From a virus (lineage: Duplodnaviria; Caudoviricetes), in the IMG/VR virus record IMGVR_UViG_3300009540_000001, positions 108,375 to 172,374 of that record: a DNA stretch of 64,000 bases; one strand, given 5' to 3'. A model generated the notes under the pieces. The model had not been told where the DNA came from, ran no database searches, and saw only the letters and a program-made list of their open reading frames with translations. A program made the position numbers and the translations under genes. Positions 54,578 to 63,577 of this stretch are shown here, piece by piece; position 1 is the stretch's first letter; each line of letters begins with the position of its first letter.

Positions 54578-55083
54578 TACCGGTGTGCCTCGACCCAGGC
54601 GCACGCGTCGTCGTTCGGGTAGAACCACTTTTCTTCCGTGCGCGTGAACGCAACGCATCCGCCGGAGAACTCATCCAAGCGGGGTTTGCTGCACGTCTCG
54701 GCCCACCCCATCTGGCCCACCTCTTTGCCGTCAGGAGGCCCGAACTTCTTCCAGTACTCCTGGATGAGCGCGACGGCGCCGGCGACGCTTCCGTACTCCT
54801 CGGCGTAAAGCCAGAGCCCGTCTTCGTCTAGCTCCGCCTGGAAGCTCGGCATGTCCTCGTTGTCCGGGTCTCGCCAAGGCGCGAGCGGGGAGTTGGGCTG
54901 CCCGTTCCACGTGCCGAGGGAGGCCGCGTGCGTCTCCGTCTCGGCCTCTTCGGTCGCGGCCTCTTCCGGAGTGATGTCGACTGGCTCCCCCATGGCCCAC
55001 TGATGCCACTGTTCGACCTTCAGGGGGCCAGCGCCTTCAGGCAACGAGAACTGCGAACTGAACAGCAAGTAGTTGTTTGCCAT
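54577..55083 (-). CDS. Acidic hypothetical protein
   Basis: MANNY...WAETCSKPRLDEFSGG; AGGAG SD. Confidence 0.7.
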   Translation of the reverse strand: MANNYLLFSSQFSLPEGAGPLKVEQWHQWAMGEPVDITPEEAATEEAETETHAASLGTWNGQPNSPLAPWRDPDNEDMPSFQAELDEDGLWLYAEEYGSVAGAVALIQEYWKKFGPPDGKEVGQMGWAETCSKPRLDEFSGGCVAFTRTEEKWFYPNDDACAWVEAHR

Positions 55084-55092
55084 GATCTTCTC

Positions 55093-55953
55093 CTACACCT
55101 TGACGTATGTCGGCCGCGCTTCGGTCGACCCATCGGATAGAACTTCAGTCGTCCAGTCGAGGAACGCCTCGGGACACGCGATGCGCATCTGCTGGTACAC
55201 CGGGTAACACGCACGCCGAATCGCGACGTCGGCGTGACGCGAGCAGCGCATCGTGAGGATGTGCCGCCACGAGCGCAGGTTGCCCGTGAACACGATCGGA
55301 GCTTCGACCCAGTTAGGGAGACATCTCCTGGCGGTGCTCTGAATCCGCTTGCGATGCTCGGTCTTCGACTCCCCCTCCCGCTGCGGGTACTTCTCCATGT
55401 ACGCCTTGATCCAACGCGAGTAGCGGTGGAAGTCGTACTCGAAGTCGATCAGCGCCATACCTACGAGCGTGGACGAGCCCTGCGCCTCGTACGGCATGCA
55501 GAAGCGCAGCGCGTCGACGCCGACGTAGCGCTGGCTCACCTGGCTGACCGCGATGCCCTGGCGATGCCGCACGAGCTCGTGCGTCACGGCGCGATCTACG
55601 CCGTAAAGCAGGAACGTGTAGCTCGAGTGCTCGAGGATCGAGCCATGACTCTGCTTCATGATGTTGTCGAAGTACTTGTCGGCCTCCTTCGGCTTGGTGC
55701 GCTTCTCGCCCAGGGCCAGGTAGCAGACCTGACCGGCGAACATCGTCAACGCCCCGCCCTCGGAGATCAGGCCCTCCTCGAGCGTGTCGACCATGTCTTG
55801 GCCGTACTGCGTAGGCGACGTCACTTCGTCGTTGCCCATGCCCTTGAGAAAGGGGCGGAGGGCCGACGGGTCGAACGTGGTCTGCGCGATGAGCAAGGCC
55901 CCGGGCTCGGTGAGGTAGCGGACGGGGCCGGAGACGTGGATCACAGGCTTCAT
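55093..55953 (-). CDS. thyX: FAD-dependent thymidylate synthase
   Basis: HGSILEH; ELVRHR...SQVSQRY; NLRSWRH. Confidence 0.92.
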   Translation of the reverse strand: MKPVIHVSGPVRYLTEPGALLIAQTTFDPSALRPFLKGMGNDEVTSPTQYGQDMVDTLEEGLISEGGALTMFAGQVCYLALGEKRTKPKEADKYFDNIMKQSHGSILEHSSYTFLLYGVDRAVTHELVRHRQGIAVSQVSQRYVGVDALRFCMPYEAQGSSTLVGMALIDFEYDFHRYSRWIKAYMEKYPQREGESKTEHRKRIQSTARRCLPNWVEAPIVFTGNLRSWRHILTMRCSRHADVAIRRACYPVYQQMRIACPEAFLDWTTEVLSDGSTEARPTYVKV

Positions 55954-56141
55954 TTCACGACCTCTCCGTCGTTGGTGACGACGCTGACGCAGTCTTTCAG
56001 GTTGAACCGGTCGCCGGTCTCGTCGTTGAAGCCGTCTTGCGCGTTGATGAGCGCAGTCGCGTCGCTCCAGGATTCTGGTGTGGTGAGCCACATCTCGCGC
56101 GTGCGGGTCTGTGTGAAGCGGACTTTGACTCGTCTATGCAC
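55950..56141 (-). CDS. Small hypothetical protein
   Basis: Coupled ORF. Confidence 0.45.
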   Translation of the reverse strand: MHRRVKVRFTQTRTREMWLTTPESWSDATALINAQDGFNDETGDRFNLKDCVSVVTNDGEVVK

Positions 56142-56349
56142 TGTCTTTCTCCTTCTCGACCTTGATCACTTCCACGTCGCGGACGTCCCCTGCCCCCAGC
56201 GCCGGGAAGTCCGTCACCGCCAACGCCACGGCGTGTTCGATCGCCGACACGATCCGGTCTTCGACCGGCTCTTCGTGCGTGATGCACGCGGAGTACGTCC
56301 GCTCGATCACCACACGCACTCGAATCTTGTAGTTGCTCTCGTCGCTCAT
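56134..56349 (-). CDS. Small hypothetical protein
   Basis: ATGA-coupled. Confidence 0.5.
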   Translation of the reverse strand: MSDESNYKIRVRVVIERTYSACITHEEPVEDRIVSAIEHAVALAVTDFPALGAGDVRDVEVIKVEKEKDSA

Positions 56350-56879
56350 ACAAACGGCCTCCCACACACCTGGCATCTCTGGTCATCCGTCGCCGTGTAC
56401 TTGACCCGCTTCGTGAACGGGTCTCCTTGCTTCCGGAAGCAGTCCCCCGGATGCACGAGGCTTCCCGCGAGCCGCGTGACGTACGCCACGGGCGTCGGGT
56501 AAGGAACCCCCAACAGCGCAGAGCGAATCAGCCCGAGCTTCACGAGGAGGTCGTTCGTGAGCGACTGCTTCACCGTGTGCTTCGTGATCACTCCGACTTG
56601 CGTCATGAGCTGGGGGTGAAGGCACACGTACTGCTCGTCTCCGCAGGGGCGCACCACGAACTGCGCGCCGCCCGGGAGCGTCACGAGGTCTCCGGCGATC
56701 GTGACGATCGCCTTGGGCCCCTGGAACCACCTGTTGAAGCGGTGCGGAATCTCGACCTCGACGACGCGCGCGGCGCACGCCGTCTCTCGCGGCGCGGGCG
56801 TCGCGCGCGCCTCTCGTACTTCGTGGTTCTTGCGCCGGATGCCCTTCCGCCCTTGGGGCGGGGGTTGCCGCGCAGTCAT
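56346..56879 (-). CDS. Hypothetical protein
   Basis: 177 aa; C-terminal CQVC. Confidence 0.5.
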   Translation of the reverse strand: MTARQPPPQGRKGIRRKNHEVREARATPAPRETACAARVVEVEIPHRFNRWFQGPKAIVTIAGDLVTLPGGAQFVVRPCGDEQYVCLHPQLMTQVGVITKHTVKQSLTNDLLVKLGLIRSALLGVPYPTPVAYVTRLAGSLVHPGDCFRKQGDPFTKRVKYTATDDQRCQVCGRPFV

Positions 56880-56939
56880 CCGCGCCTCGCTCCAGCGCGA
56901 GTCAGCCTGTCTTGTGTCATGGCTTATCCCATCCTTCCA

Positions 56940-57215
56940 TCACCACCTCATCGGACTCCTGAGCACCGCCGCCTCCACGTGCGGAGGCAGCCGGCCCAAC
57001 ATCTGAAACGCCCGGACGTACGCCGTGGCTTTACGCGGTACACCCAAGGCCTTGAGCACGCCCTCGAGCCGTTGAGGCGTGAGCGTTCGCTCACCGCGCT
57101 CGACGTCGCTGAGGAAAGGGATCGAGACGCCCACGGCCGAAGCCACGGCGTTCAGCGTCAGGCCCTTGTCGTTCCGTACGGTGCGCAGGTGTTGCCCGAG
57201 CTTGCTCGCGCTCAT
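56940..57215 (-). CDS. XRE-family helix-turn-helix regulator
   Basis: LRTVRNDKGLTLNAVASAVGVSIPFLSDVERG. Confidence 0.85.
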   Translation of the reverse strand: MSASKLGQHLRTVRNDKGLTLNAVASAVGVSIPFLSDVERGERTLTPQRLEGVLKALGVPRKATAYVRAFQMLGRLPPHVEAAVLRSPMRW

Positions 57216-57550
57216 TCCCCCGCCTCCCACTCCTCGAACGTCTTGAACTCCGGTTCGGGGTCGGTGTCCCAAAAGCCCCCCGCCATCTGGGACAGCTGGG
57301 ACAGTTCTCCGACCTCGTCTTCCGAGAGTTGCTTGGGACCTTCTTGGAGCGCTTTGTAGAGAGCCCGCCCCAGCGCGGGTGAATTCGGATCTTTCAGGTA
57401 GGTGCCGCCGAGGACGCCCATGCGAATGAGCAGAGCGTCCCGGGCGACTTCCCTGAGTTGGACGACGAGCTTGCGAACGCAAGCGTTGTCGGATTTAGCG
57501 AGAGCGGTGAGCTCTTGGTGGTTGTAGTAGTCGTTTAGCACGCGAAGCAT
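57212..57550 (-). CDS. Hypothetical protein
   Basis: 112 aa; coupled to the HTH gene. Confidence 0.6.
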   Translation of the reverse strand: MLRVLNDYYNHQELTALAKSDNACVRKLVVQLREVARDALLIRMGVLGGTYLKDPNSPALGRALYKALQEGPKQLSEDEVGELSQLSQMAGGFWDTDPEPEFKTFEEWEAGE

Positions 57551-57580
57551 GCTACCCGACTTTAACCGCCAGGGGAATGG

Positions 57581-57916
57581 CTAGGGCCCGACTGGATAGA
57601 TCGCCGTGTACCAGGTCGTACACGGCTGCGCGTACAACCCGACGTCGGCCAAGGCGGCGTCCATCGACGCCATCCTCCCAGGCATCTGGTAGTCGTGGTT
57701 GAAGAACCGGGCTACGTCGCCGCCGTCATGCACGACGAGGAGCACGGACTCGCATCCGTACTCTTCCCCACGGTCTGTCCACTCTTGCGGCGAGTAGAAG
57801 GCTCGGCAGCCTCCGGTGTGTAGTGCGTCGTACTTACGCAAGATGCTCAGGATCGCCTGCGCCGCCTTCTCCCCGAGAGGGCTCAGGAGCGCAGGAATCG
57901 CGAGGTCGTCCCTCAC
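57581..57916 (-). CDS. Hypothetical protein
   Basis: TGGCRAFYSP.EW..RGEEYG...VHDGGD. Confidence 0.65.
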   Translation of the reverse strand: MRDDLAIPALLSPLGEKAAQAILSILRKYDALHTGGCRAFYSPQEWTDRGEEYGCESVLLVVHDGGDVARFFNHDYQMPGRMASMDAALADVGLYAQPCTTWYTAIYPVGP

Positions 57917-58290
57917 AGCTCGAGCTGATCCAGTACGCGCTTGCCGCCCTCGCCCCAGAGATCCTTCTTGAGCATCTCCGCGTCGGGTGGCAGCAAGTAG
58001 ACCTCCACGGCGTCGATGACGTAGATCGTCCCTTCGTGCAAGACGACCCGGAACTTGCGGGGGTCGACGGTGTTCATCTCGTTGTCTTCGAGGTAGAGGT
58101 CGAGAGCGCTGAGGCCCTCGGGGCTCGTGCCGTGGAGCGCGTTGAGCGCGCGTTCGACGTCTTCGTCGCCAGACTCGAGGTAGTGGTGATCGGGCTCCGG
58201 GAGATCCATGAGAATGAACCCCAGATCCCTCCGGAACACCCTGACCGCCGCAGGGGTGCCACGGATCGTCCCGCCGCCGTAGAGCTCCAT
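57913..58290 (-). CDS. Hypothetical protein; tandem paralogue of 58291-58671
   Basis: FRVVLHEGTIYVIDAVEVYLLP vs WRLVKDEGVVYQIDIVKVALLP. Confidence 0.65.
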   Translation of the reverse strand: MELYGGGTIRGTPAAVRVFRRDLGFILMDLPEPDHHYLESGDEDVERALNALHGTSPEGLSALDLYLEDNEMNTVDPRKFRVVLHEGTIYVIDAVEVYLLPPDAEMLKKDLWGEGGKRVLDQLEL

Positions 58291-58671
58291 CTATCCGTCC
58301 TCCGGTTCGAAGAGCTCAAGCTCCCGCCTGATCTCCCAGCCGTCTTTCTCCGGGAGACCTTCGAGCAGCCCGATGAGCAGCTTCTTGTGTCGAGGCAGCA
58401 GGGCTACCTTGACGATGTCGATCTGGTAGACGACGCCCTCGTCCTTCACGAGGCGCCACGCGTCGCCGTGATTCTCGAACCGGCAGTCGACCTCCTCGAT
58501 CTCCGCCGCGCGCGTGTCGGCCATGGACTCCACGAGCTCGAGGTTGAGCCGCCCTCCGTCGTCGATCGAGAAGCTGTGGTTCTCGTCGCACTCGAAGCCT
58601 GCTTCGGAGAGCTCTGCGATCAGCGCGGGAGACGCCTTGAGCTTCCCGCGTCCGTCGAGGGAGGTGCTCAT
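58291..58671 (-). CDS. Hypothetical protein; tandem paralogue of 57913-58290
   Basis: TGATG-coupled start MSTSLDG. Confidence 0.65.
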   Translation of the reverse strand: MSTSLDGRGKLKASPALIAELSEAGFECDENHSFSIDDGGRLNLELVESMADTRAAEIEEVDCRFENHGDAWRLVKDEGVVYQIDIVKVALLPRHKKLLIGLLEGLPEKDGWEIRRELELFEPEDG

Positions 58672-59684
58672 CAGTCCACGCTCCCATGCGACGACCAGCT
58701 CCCCTTGGACCGGTTCCGGGTGACCTTGTACCAGGTCTTCCCGTCCCCGAGCTTCAGAGGGCCGTGCTCCGTGTCGCGCAGCATGCCCGAGACGTACACC
58801 GCGCCGTTGATGAACATGCGGGTCGCAACGTGGCGTCCCTGGCGTCGCGTCGCGACCACGGGGGTCTCGACGCCGTCGTCCGTGATCACGCGCCCCGTGA
58901 TCTTCACCTTCTCCACTCTGTTCAGGGCCTCCTTCGCTTTGTCCGACTCGATCGGGACGCCAGACAGCACGCGCACGCTCCCCCACGGGGCGCGGTTCAG
59001 CTTGACGATCTTCCCCTTCTTCTTGTCGATCTTCTCGACAGGCGTCAGGAACCACTCCCCCTGCCGCAGCGCGTTCTCGGGGATGCCCTTCGGCCGGAGC
59101 ATCTCGAGCGCCTCGTCGACCGTCTTCGGTCGCCCCCACGGAAGCTTCGCGAGGAAGAAGTTGCGCCGACGCGGGTCGTCGTTGCGGTCGAGCCCGGTGA
59201 CGAAGTAGTTCCCACCGACGCGGAACAGCGTCTCTCCCAGGAAGTGCTGCTCCGTCTCGATTTCCCACTCCCCGTCTTCTCGCTGTCGCTTCGGCCAGTA
59301 GGTGTTCTGCGCCCGCTTCTCCGTGACCTTCACCCACTTCTTGACCGTCTTGTCGGACGTCATGTGCACGACCTCGACGTACTCGGGGTGGATGCTCGCG
59401 CCCCTGAGCGCCGAGAACGGCACCAGGGCGTGCCGGTACTTCGCCGCCGCCGATCGCGCCGCCGACATCTGCTTCGCCGTCGTAGGCGACGGCGCGCGGT
59501 CACCGTTGAGCAGGATCGTCCCGTCCTTCAGGCGCTTGGCGATGGCCCAGTGCTCGTAGGACAGAAGCGTCGTGTGGTCCTTGTAGCTCATGCGGTCGCG
59601 CCCGTTGGACTGCGAGACGAACGTGCGCTTCAGCTTCTCTTGCGCACACCACATGCGTGCGACCTGACCGTAGTCTTGGCTCAT
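58671..59684 (-). CDS. Basic hypothetical protein
   Basis: 337 aa; RQGEWFL motif. Confidence 0.7.
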   Translation of the reverse strand: MSQDYGQVARMWCAQEKLKRTFVSQSNGRDRMSYKDHTTLLSYEHWAIAKRLKDGTILLNGDRAPSPTTAKQMSAARSAAAKYRHALVPFSALRGASIHPEYVEVVHMTSDKTVKKWVKVTEKRAQNTYWPKRQREDGEWEIETEQHFLGETLFRVGGNYFVTGLDRNDDPRRRNFFLAKLPWGRPKTVDEALEMLRPKGIPENALRQGEWFLTPVEKIDKKKGKIVKLNRAPWGSVRVLSGVPIESDKAKEALNRVEKVKITGRVITDDGVETPVVATRRQGRHVATRMFINGAVYVSGMLRDTEHGPLKLGDGKTWYKVTRNRSKGSWSSHGSVD

Positions 59685-60172
59685 CTGTCTTCTCCTTCTT
59701 CTTCCGCGTCGCTGATGTCTCGAGACTCCATCACGTACACATCACACCCGTCCCCCTCACCTCCCGTCAGGTACGCCCCGATACGCGCTAACGCGCGGCT
59801 CGCAGCTTCCGCGAACCGCTCGTCGTCCGCCGCCTCGTGCGACCCGCCCCCGTCGCACCGCCCGCAGCGCACCCAGCGCGCCATGCAGTACATGCCGTGC
59901 CGCCCCTGGATGGGGGTCTTTACGGCGTCAAGTCGCATCCCCCGACCCTTACACCTCGGGCAAGGGTGAAGGTTGCCGCAGGCGAAGGGTTGGTAGTACT
60001 TGCCGCTCGGATAGACGTTGAAGACGCTCCCGAGGTAGATCGAGCGCTCCTCGGAGATGCCGTCGACGTCGATCCACTCCTCGGCGTCGAGCCTTCGTCG
60101 AAGGTCCGCCACGTCGTATGGAAAGCGTACGTTACGAGCTTGCGCCACCACGCCGCGTAGCTCCTGCGTCAC
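59681..60172 (-). CDS. Protein with DnaJ-like CxxCxGxG zinc fingers
   Basis: CPRCKGRG, CGRCDGGG. Confidence 0.6.
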   Translation of the reverse strand: MTQELRGVVAQARNVRFPYDVADLRRRLDAEEWIDVDGISEERSIYLGSVFNVYPSGKYYQPFACGNLHPCPRCKGRGMRLDAVKTPIQGRHGMYCMARWVRCGRCDGGGSHEAADDERFAEAASRALARIGAYLTGGEGDGCDVYVMESRDISDAEEEGEDR

Positions 60173-60822
60173 AGCTTCTTCTCCAACTCCGTCATCGCCT
60201 GACGGAACATGCCCACGCCGCCACGGTCGATGGCGACGCTGTACGCGCCGCCGGCCTTCGCGGCCTGCGTGACGGGCGTCCACTGGTGGTGGGACACGAA
60301 CCCGTTCAGGATCAGCACCGCGAAGTACTGACTGTTGCAAAGCTGCGCCACGGCGGTCTCGGTCGACGCGCCGCCGTGGTTCCCGTCGCTCTGCGTCGAG
60401 AGCCACACGATGTCGAGGCCGGTCTCCTCGATCCACGCGGCGAGCTTCTCGGGGATGACCATGCCGCCGAAGATCAGGAGCGGCTTGCGCTGCGCCCGAA
60501 TCTTCGGCCAGCCCAAGAGCACCGGAGCGTCCTCGGCGATCTCGGGTACGTCGAGCCCGGTGGTGAGCTCGGGCAGGGACTCGACAGCGGCGAGCAGCGC
60601 GAGCGCCGCGTCGCCCGACCGTGCCCCTGTGTTGCCGGCCCGAAGGCCGTTACGTTCGTAGAGGGCGTCCGTGATGCCTTGCTTGGCGGACGTCTCGTAC
60701 GCGTGCGTAGCGTCGCGGATCTTCTGCACACGTCGGACGACGTTGCGCGTCTGGTCTGCGAGCGCGTTCTTGATCTTCGTGAACAGGTCTTCGAGGGAGA
60801 TGGCGGATGGGTCTGAGCTCAT
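60169..60822 (-). CDS. Hypothetical protein
   Basis: 217 aa; alpha/beta C-terminal domain. Confidence 0.65.
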   Translation of the reverse strand: MSSDPSAISLEDLFTKIKNALADQTRNVVRRVQKIRDATHAYETSAKQGITDALYERNGLRAGNTGARSGDAALALLAAVESLPELTTGLDVPEIAEDAPVLLGWPKIRAQRKPLLIFGGMVIPEKLAAWIEETGLDIVWLSTQSDGNHGGASTETAVAQLCNSQYFAVLILNGFVSHHQWTPVTQAAKAGGAYSVAIDRGGVGMFRQAMTELEKKL

Positions 60823-60835
60823 GCTCTCTCCTGGA

Positions 60836-61213
60836 TCATTGCTCGCATGCGTGCAGCCTCCAGCCCCAGGCGGACCGGGACTTCACCCCGAGCAGCGCGA
60901 GTGCTTCTTTCCTATCGAACATGCCTGGATCGAGGTTGAGATTCGGGATCAGCAGCCCACCACCCTTGTCGCCATCAACGCACGCGTGCGTTGTGTCGAG
61001 CACGTAGATCAGGAGGGAGCCGCTGTCCCATCCCGTATGTTCGACGCCCACACGGAAGGGCGCGAGGAGCACCGAAGTGTGCCTGTCGAAGTTGTCCTCG
61101 TCGTAGCTCGCGCCCGTGAGCTTCTTGATGCGGGCGCGCAAGGCTTCGTCCTTCTCCTCGGTCCACGGCACGTGAATGCCGTAGAAGAGGTAGGCGGTGG
61201 CGCGGTTACTCAT
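60836..61213 (-). CDS. Hypothetical protein
   Basis: 125 aa; coupled to the helicase gene. Confidence 0.6.
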   Translation of the reverse strand: MSNRATAYLFYGIHVPWTEEKDEALRARIKKLTGASYDEDNFDRHTSVLLAPFRVGVEHTGWDSGSLLIYVLDTTHACVDGDKGGGLLIPNLNLDPGMFDRKEALALLGVKSRSAWGWRLHACEQ

Positions 61214-62705
61214 CCTCTCCCTCCTTCGCCTTGAAGAACCCCACCGACGCCGCCCACGACTTCCCCGCCGACCCGTCCGACTTGGGGAGCTGCACGAGGT
61301 ACAGCTCCGCCTTGGCCCGCGTCGCCGCGACGTAGTAGCAGTTGGCGCCGTCTGACCCCTTCGGGTTGAACGTCGTCTCGAGCTGCCACACGCGGTCGAA
61401 CTCGAGCCCCTTCGACTTGTGCGTGCTCATGCACGGGATCGTGCCGCGCGTGACGTCGTCGTCGTTGAAGAGGTTGATGATCTTCTGCTGGACCTTTCCA
61501 AGGTCCGAGCAGTTCGAGCTCAACGCCCGCAACGCATCGAGGTTGTCCCTCAGTTCTTCGGCCTTGTCTTCCTTGCGCGCGGCCTCGAGCTTCTCGCCCT
61601 CTTCCGACACGTAGTCCGTCAGCGCGGTGAGCATCGACGGGATGGAGTCCCCGAACTGCGAGCCGATCGTCACCAGCTTCGTGAGCTGCGCGCCGATGTC
61701 CTTGCCGACGATGCGCGCTCGCTTGCCGCTCGCGATGAGCTCGAGGGCGACCTTCGTGAGCGCGGCGTTCGTACGGGAGATCACGACGTCTCCCTCGTCC
61801 ACGCGCTTGTAGAACTCCTTGCCGCCGACGCTGTCGACGACGCCGCGCGGCGCACCAGGCCCTGACTCGAAGTCAGGAACGAGAGGGTTCACGAGCCGCA
61901 CGACCTCGGTAGGGCAGCGGTACGTGATGGACAGAGGCAAGGTCTTCGCCCCCGTCTCGATGATGATCTTGTCGATCGAGTCGGCCGACGCACCATTGAA
62001 GTGGTAGATCGCCTGCGCGGGATCGCCGACCGCGATGACCCGGCCCCCGGGTCGGATCGCGTTCATCACGAGCCGAAGCTGCGCAGGCGAGAGGTCCTGC
62101 GCCTCGTCGACGATGACGACGTCGAAGTTCCCCGTCGAGAGGTTGAGCACCGCAGGGATGTACACCTGCTCGGTGAACGAGATGGACGTGTGGTCCGTAC
62201 GCAGCGACCACTCGAGCGTCTGCTGCACCCACCGAATCCACAGAGGCTTCTCTGCGCTCGCGGCCGGGCGCAGGTCGTACTCGTACATGCAGTTGTCGAT
62301 CGCCTCCTCGGACGTCGACAGCGTCACCATGCACATGGTGACGAGCTTCGCGACCTCGCCCCGGGCGTCCTTGTAGACGTCCGGAATGAGCTTGCGCACG
62401 TAGTCCTGGACGCGCCATCGGTCGACCTCGAGCGTGCGGTTGACGCGCTTGATGGCCGTGCCGAAGCCCATCTGGTTGAGACCCTTGACCGTGACGTGCG
62501 GGCTCGTGCGGAGCCGCTCCGCGAGGTCGTCTCGGATCTTGTTGTTGAACGCGCAGACGAGGACTCGGCGAGGCTTGAGCCGCGCGCACAACTCACGAAT
62601 CGTCGTCGACTTGCCGGTGCCGGCGCGCGCGATGACGACGAGGTTGTCAGGCTTCGTCTTCGCGAACTCGAAGATGTCGTTCTGTAGATGCGACCACTCG
62701 GTCAT
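61206..62705 (-). CDS. UvrD/Rep-family SF1 DNA helicase
   Basis: ARAGTGKST, DEAQD, VGDPAQAIY, YRCP, HKSKGLEF, YVAATRAK. Confidence 0.92.
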   Translation of the reverse strand: MTEWSHLQNDIFEFAKTKPDNLVVIARAGTGKSTTIRELCARLKPRRVLVCAFNNKIRDDLAERLRTSPHVTVKGLNQMGFGTAIKRVNRTLEVDRWRVQDYVRKLIPDVYKDARGEVAKLVTMCMVTLSTSEEAIDNCMYEYDLRPAASAEKPLWIRWVQQTLEWSLRTDHTSISFTEQVYIPAVLNLSTGNFDVVIVDEAQDLSPAQLRLVMNAIRPGGRVIAVGDPAQAIYHFNGASADSIDKIIIETGAKTLPLSITYRCPTEVVRLVNPLVPDFESGPGAPRGVVDSVGGKEFYKRVDEGDVVISRTNAALTKVALELIASGKRARIVGKDIGAQLTKLVTIGSQFGDSIPSMLTALTDYVSEEGEKLEAARKEDKAEELRDNLDALRALSSNCSDLGKVQQKIINLFNDDDVTRGTIPCMSTHKSKGLEFDRVWQLETTFNPKGSDGANCYYVAATRAKAELYLVQLPKSDGSAGKSWAASVGFFKAKEGEDE

Positions 62706-63247
62706 CGACCGTCCTCCGGGGCAGGCGTCGCCGCCCGCTTCAACTCGGCCAGCAGCTCGACCCGTGCAACCGGGTCCAGGTGCAGCACCATGTGTCTGTA
62801 CTCCGTAAAGAACTCGCCCTCCTTCGAGAGGAGCGTGATGCCCGCCGAGATCACGGAGAGCTGCTCGCCGTTGGCGAACTTCGCCAGCGTCTCGATCTCC
62901 TTCGACAAGACCGACGTGAGCGCCGGGTCCTGCGCTCGCGCGCCGCGCAGCACTGCGTACAGCTCCGCGAAGACGCCGTTGTGCAGGTTGAAGAACTTGG
63001 TCCCGACGAACACGAAGTGCTCGACGAGGACCTCGCGCGAAGGCTTGAGCGCCTTGATCTCGTCGATGCCCTCATCGAGCGAGTGCAAGCAGTACGCGGT
63101 GTACGATCGGTTCAGCGTCGTGATGGCGGCCTGCATGCGAGAGAGGCGCGCAACGCGCTCCGCCTCGGTCAGCAGCGGGGCCCCGAGCGCGGTGAGAATG
63201 TCGTTGGCTGCGCGGCGGATGTTGTCTTTGTCTTCGTGGCTCTTCAT
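62702..63247 (-). CDS. Hypothetical protein
   Basis: 181 aa; coupled to the helicase gene. Confidence 0.6.
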   Translation of the reverse strand: MKSHEDKDNIRRAANDILTALGAPLLTEAERVARLSRMQAAITTLNRSYTAYCLHSLDEGIDEIKALKPSREVLVEHFVFVGTKFFNLHNGVFAELYAVLRGARAQDPALTSVLSKEIETLAKFANGEQLSVISAGITLLSKEGEFFTEYRHMVLHLDPVARVELLAELKRAATPAPEDGR

Positions 63248-63269
63248 GTACCCGTCCCTTAGAAACGCG

Positions 63270-63301
63270 AAGAGCCGCCGAGGTTTCCCCCGGCGGCTCT
63301 T
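63270..63301 (-). terminator. Hairpin; terminator or leader structure
   Basis: AAGAGCCGCCG / CGGCGGCTCTT, then CGCGTTTCT. Confidence 0.55.
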
Positions 63302-63319
63302 ATCTCTTGCCCGTGTCGA

Positions 63320-63577
63320 TCAGCTCTTCTTCGCGTCGCCCTTCGCCTTGTCGGCGGCGGGCGCTGCGGGCGCGGCAGGGGCGGCGGGCGCCGCCGGCTC
63401 GTCGATGACGATGCCCATGTCCTTGGCGAGCTGCGGGAAGCGCTCGACCCACACGTCGAGTTTCTTCATGACGTGGCGGTAGTCGATGCGCGCCTCGTCC
63501 ATCACGGCCTTGTGCGTCTTGGCCTCGTCGATCAGCTTGGTCATCTTCGCGCGGGCGTCATCGTTCAGGTCCGACAT
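63320..63577 (-). CDS. Small protein with PAA-repeat tail
   Basis: GGAG SD; PAAPAAPAAPAAPAA. Confidence 0.65.
   Translation of the reverse strand: MSDLNDDARAKMTKLIDEAKTHKAVMDEARIDYRHVMKKLDVWVERFPQLAKDMGIVIDEPAAPAAPAAPAAPAADKAKGDAKKS

Larger units (their letters stand above)
1394..62810. repeat. Dispersed pseudo-palindromic site CTTTACG(G/C)CGTAAAG, about 40 copies including variants
   Basis: Manual scan; coordinates listed under findings. Confidence 0.85.

Noticed and set aside
40951-55953. Modified-base (hypermodified DNA) pathway
   Set aside because: dCMP deaminase, ThyX, dNMP kinase and nucleotidase fit ordinary dTTP supply; no hydroxymethylase, glycosyltransferase or Que/Pur-type genes were seen.
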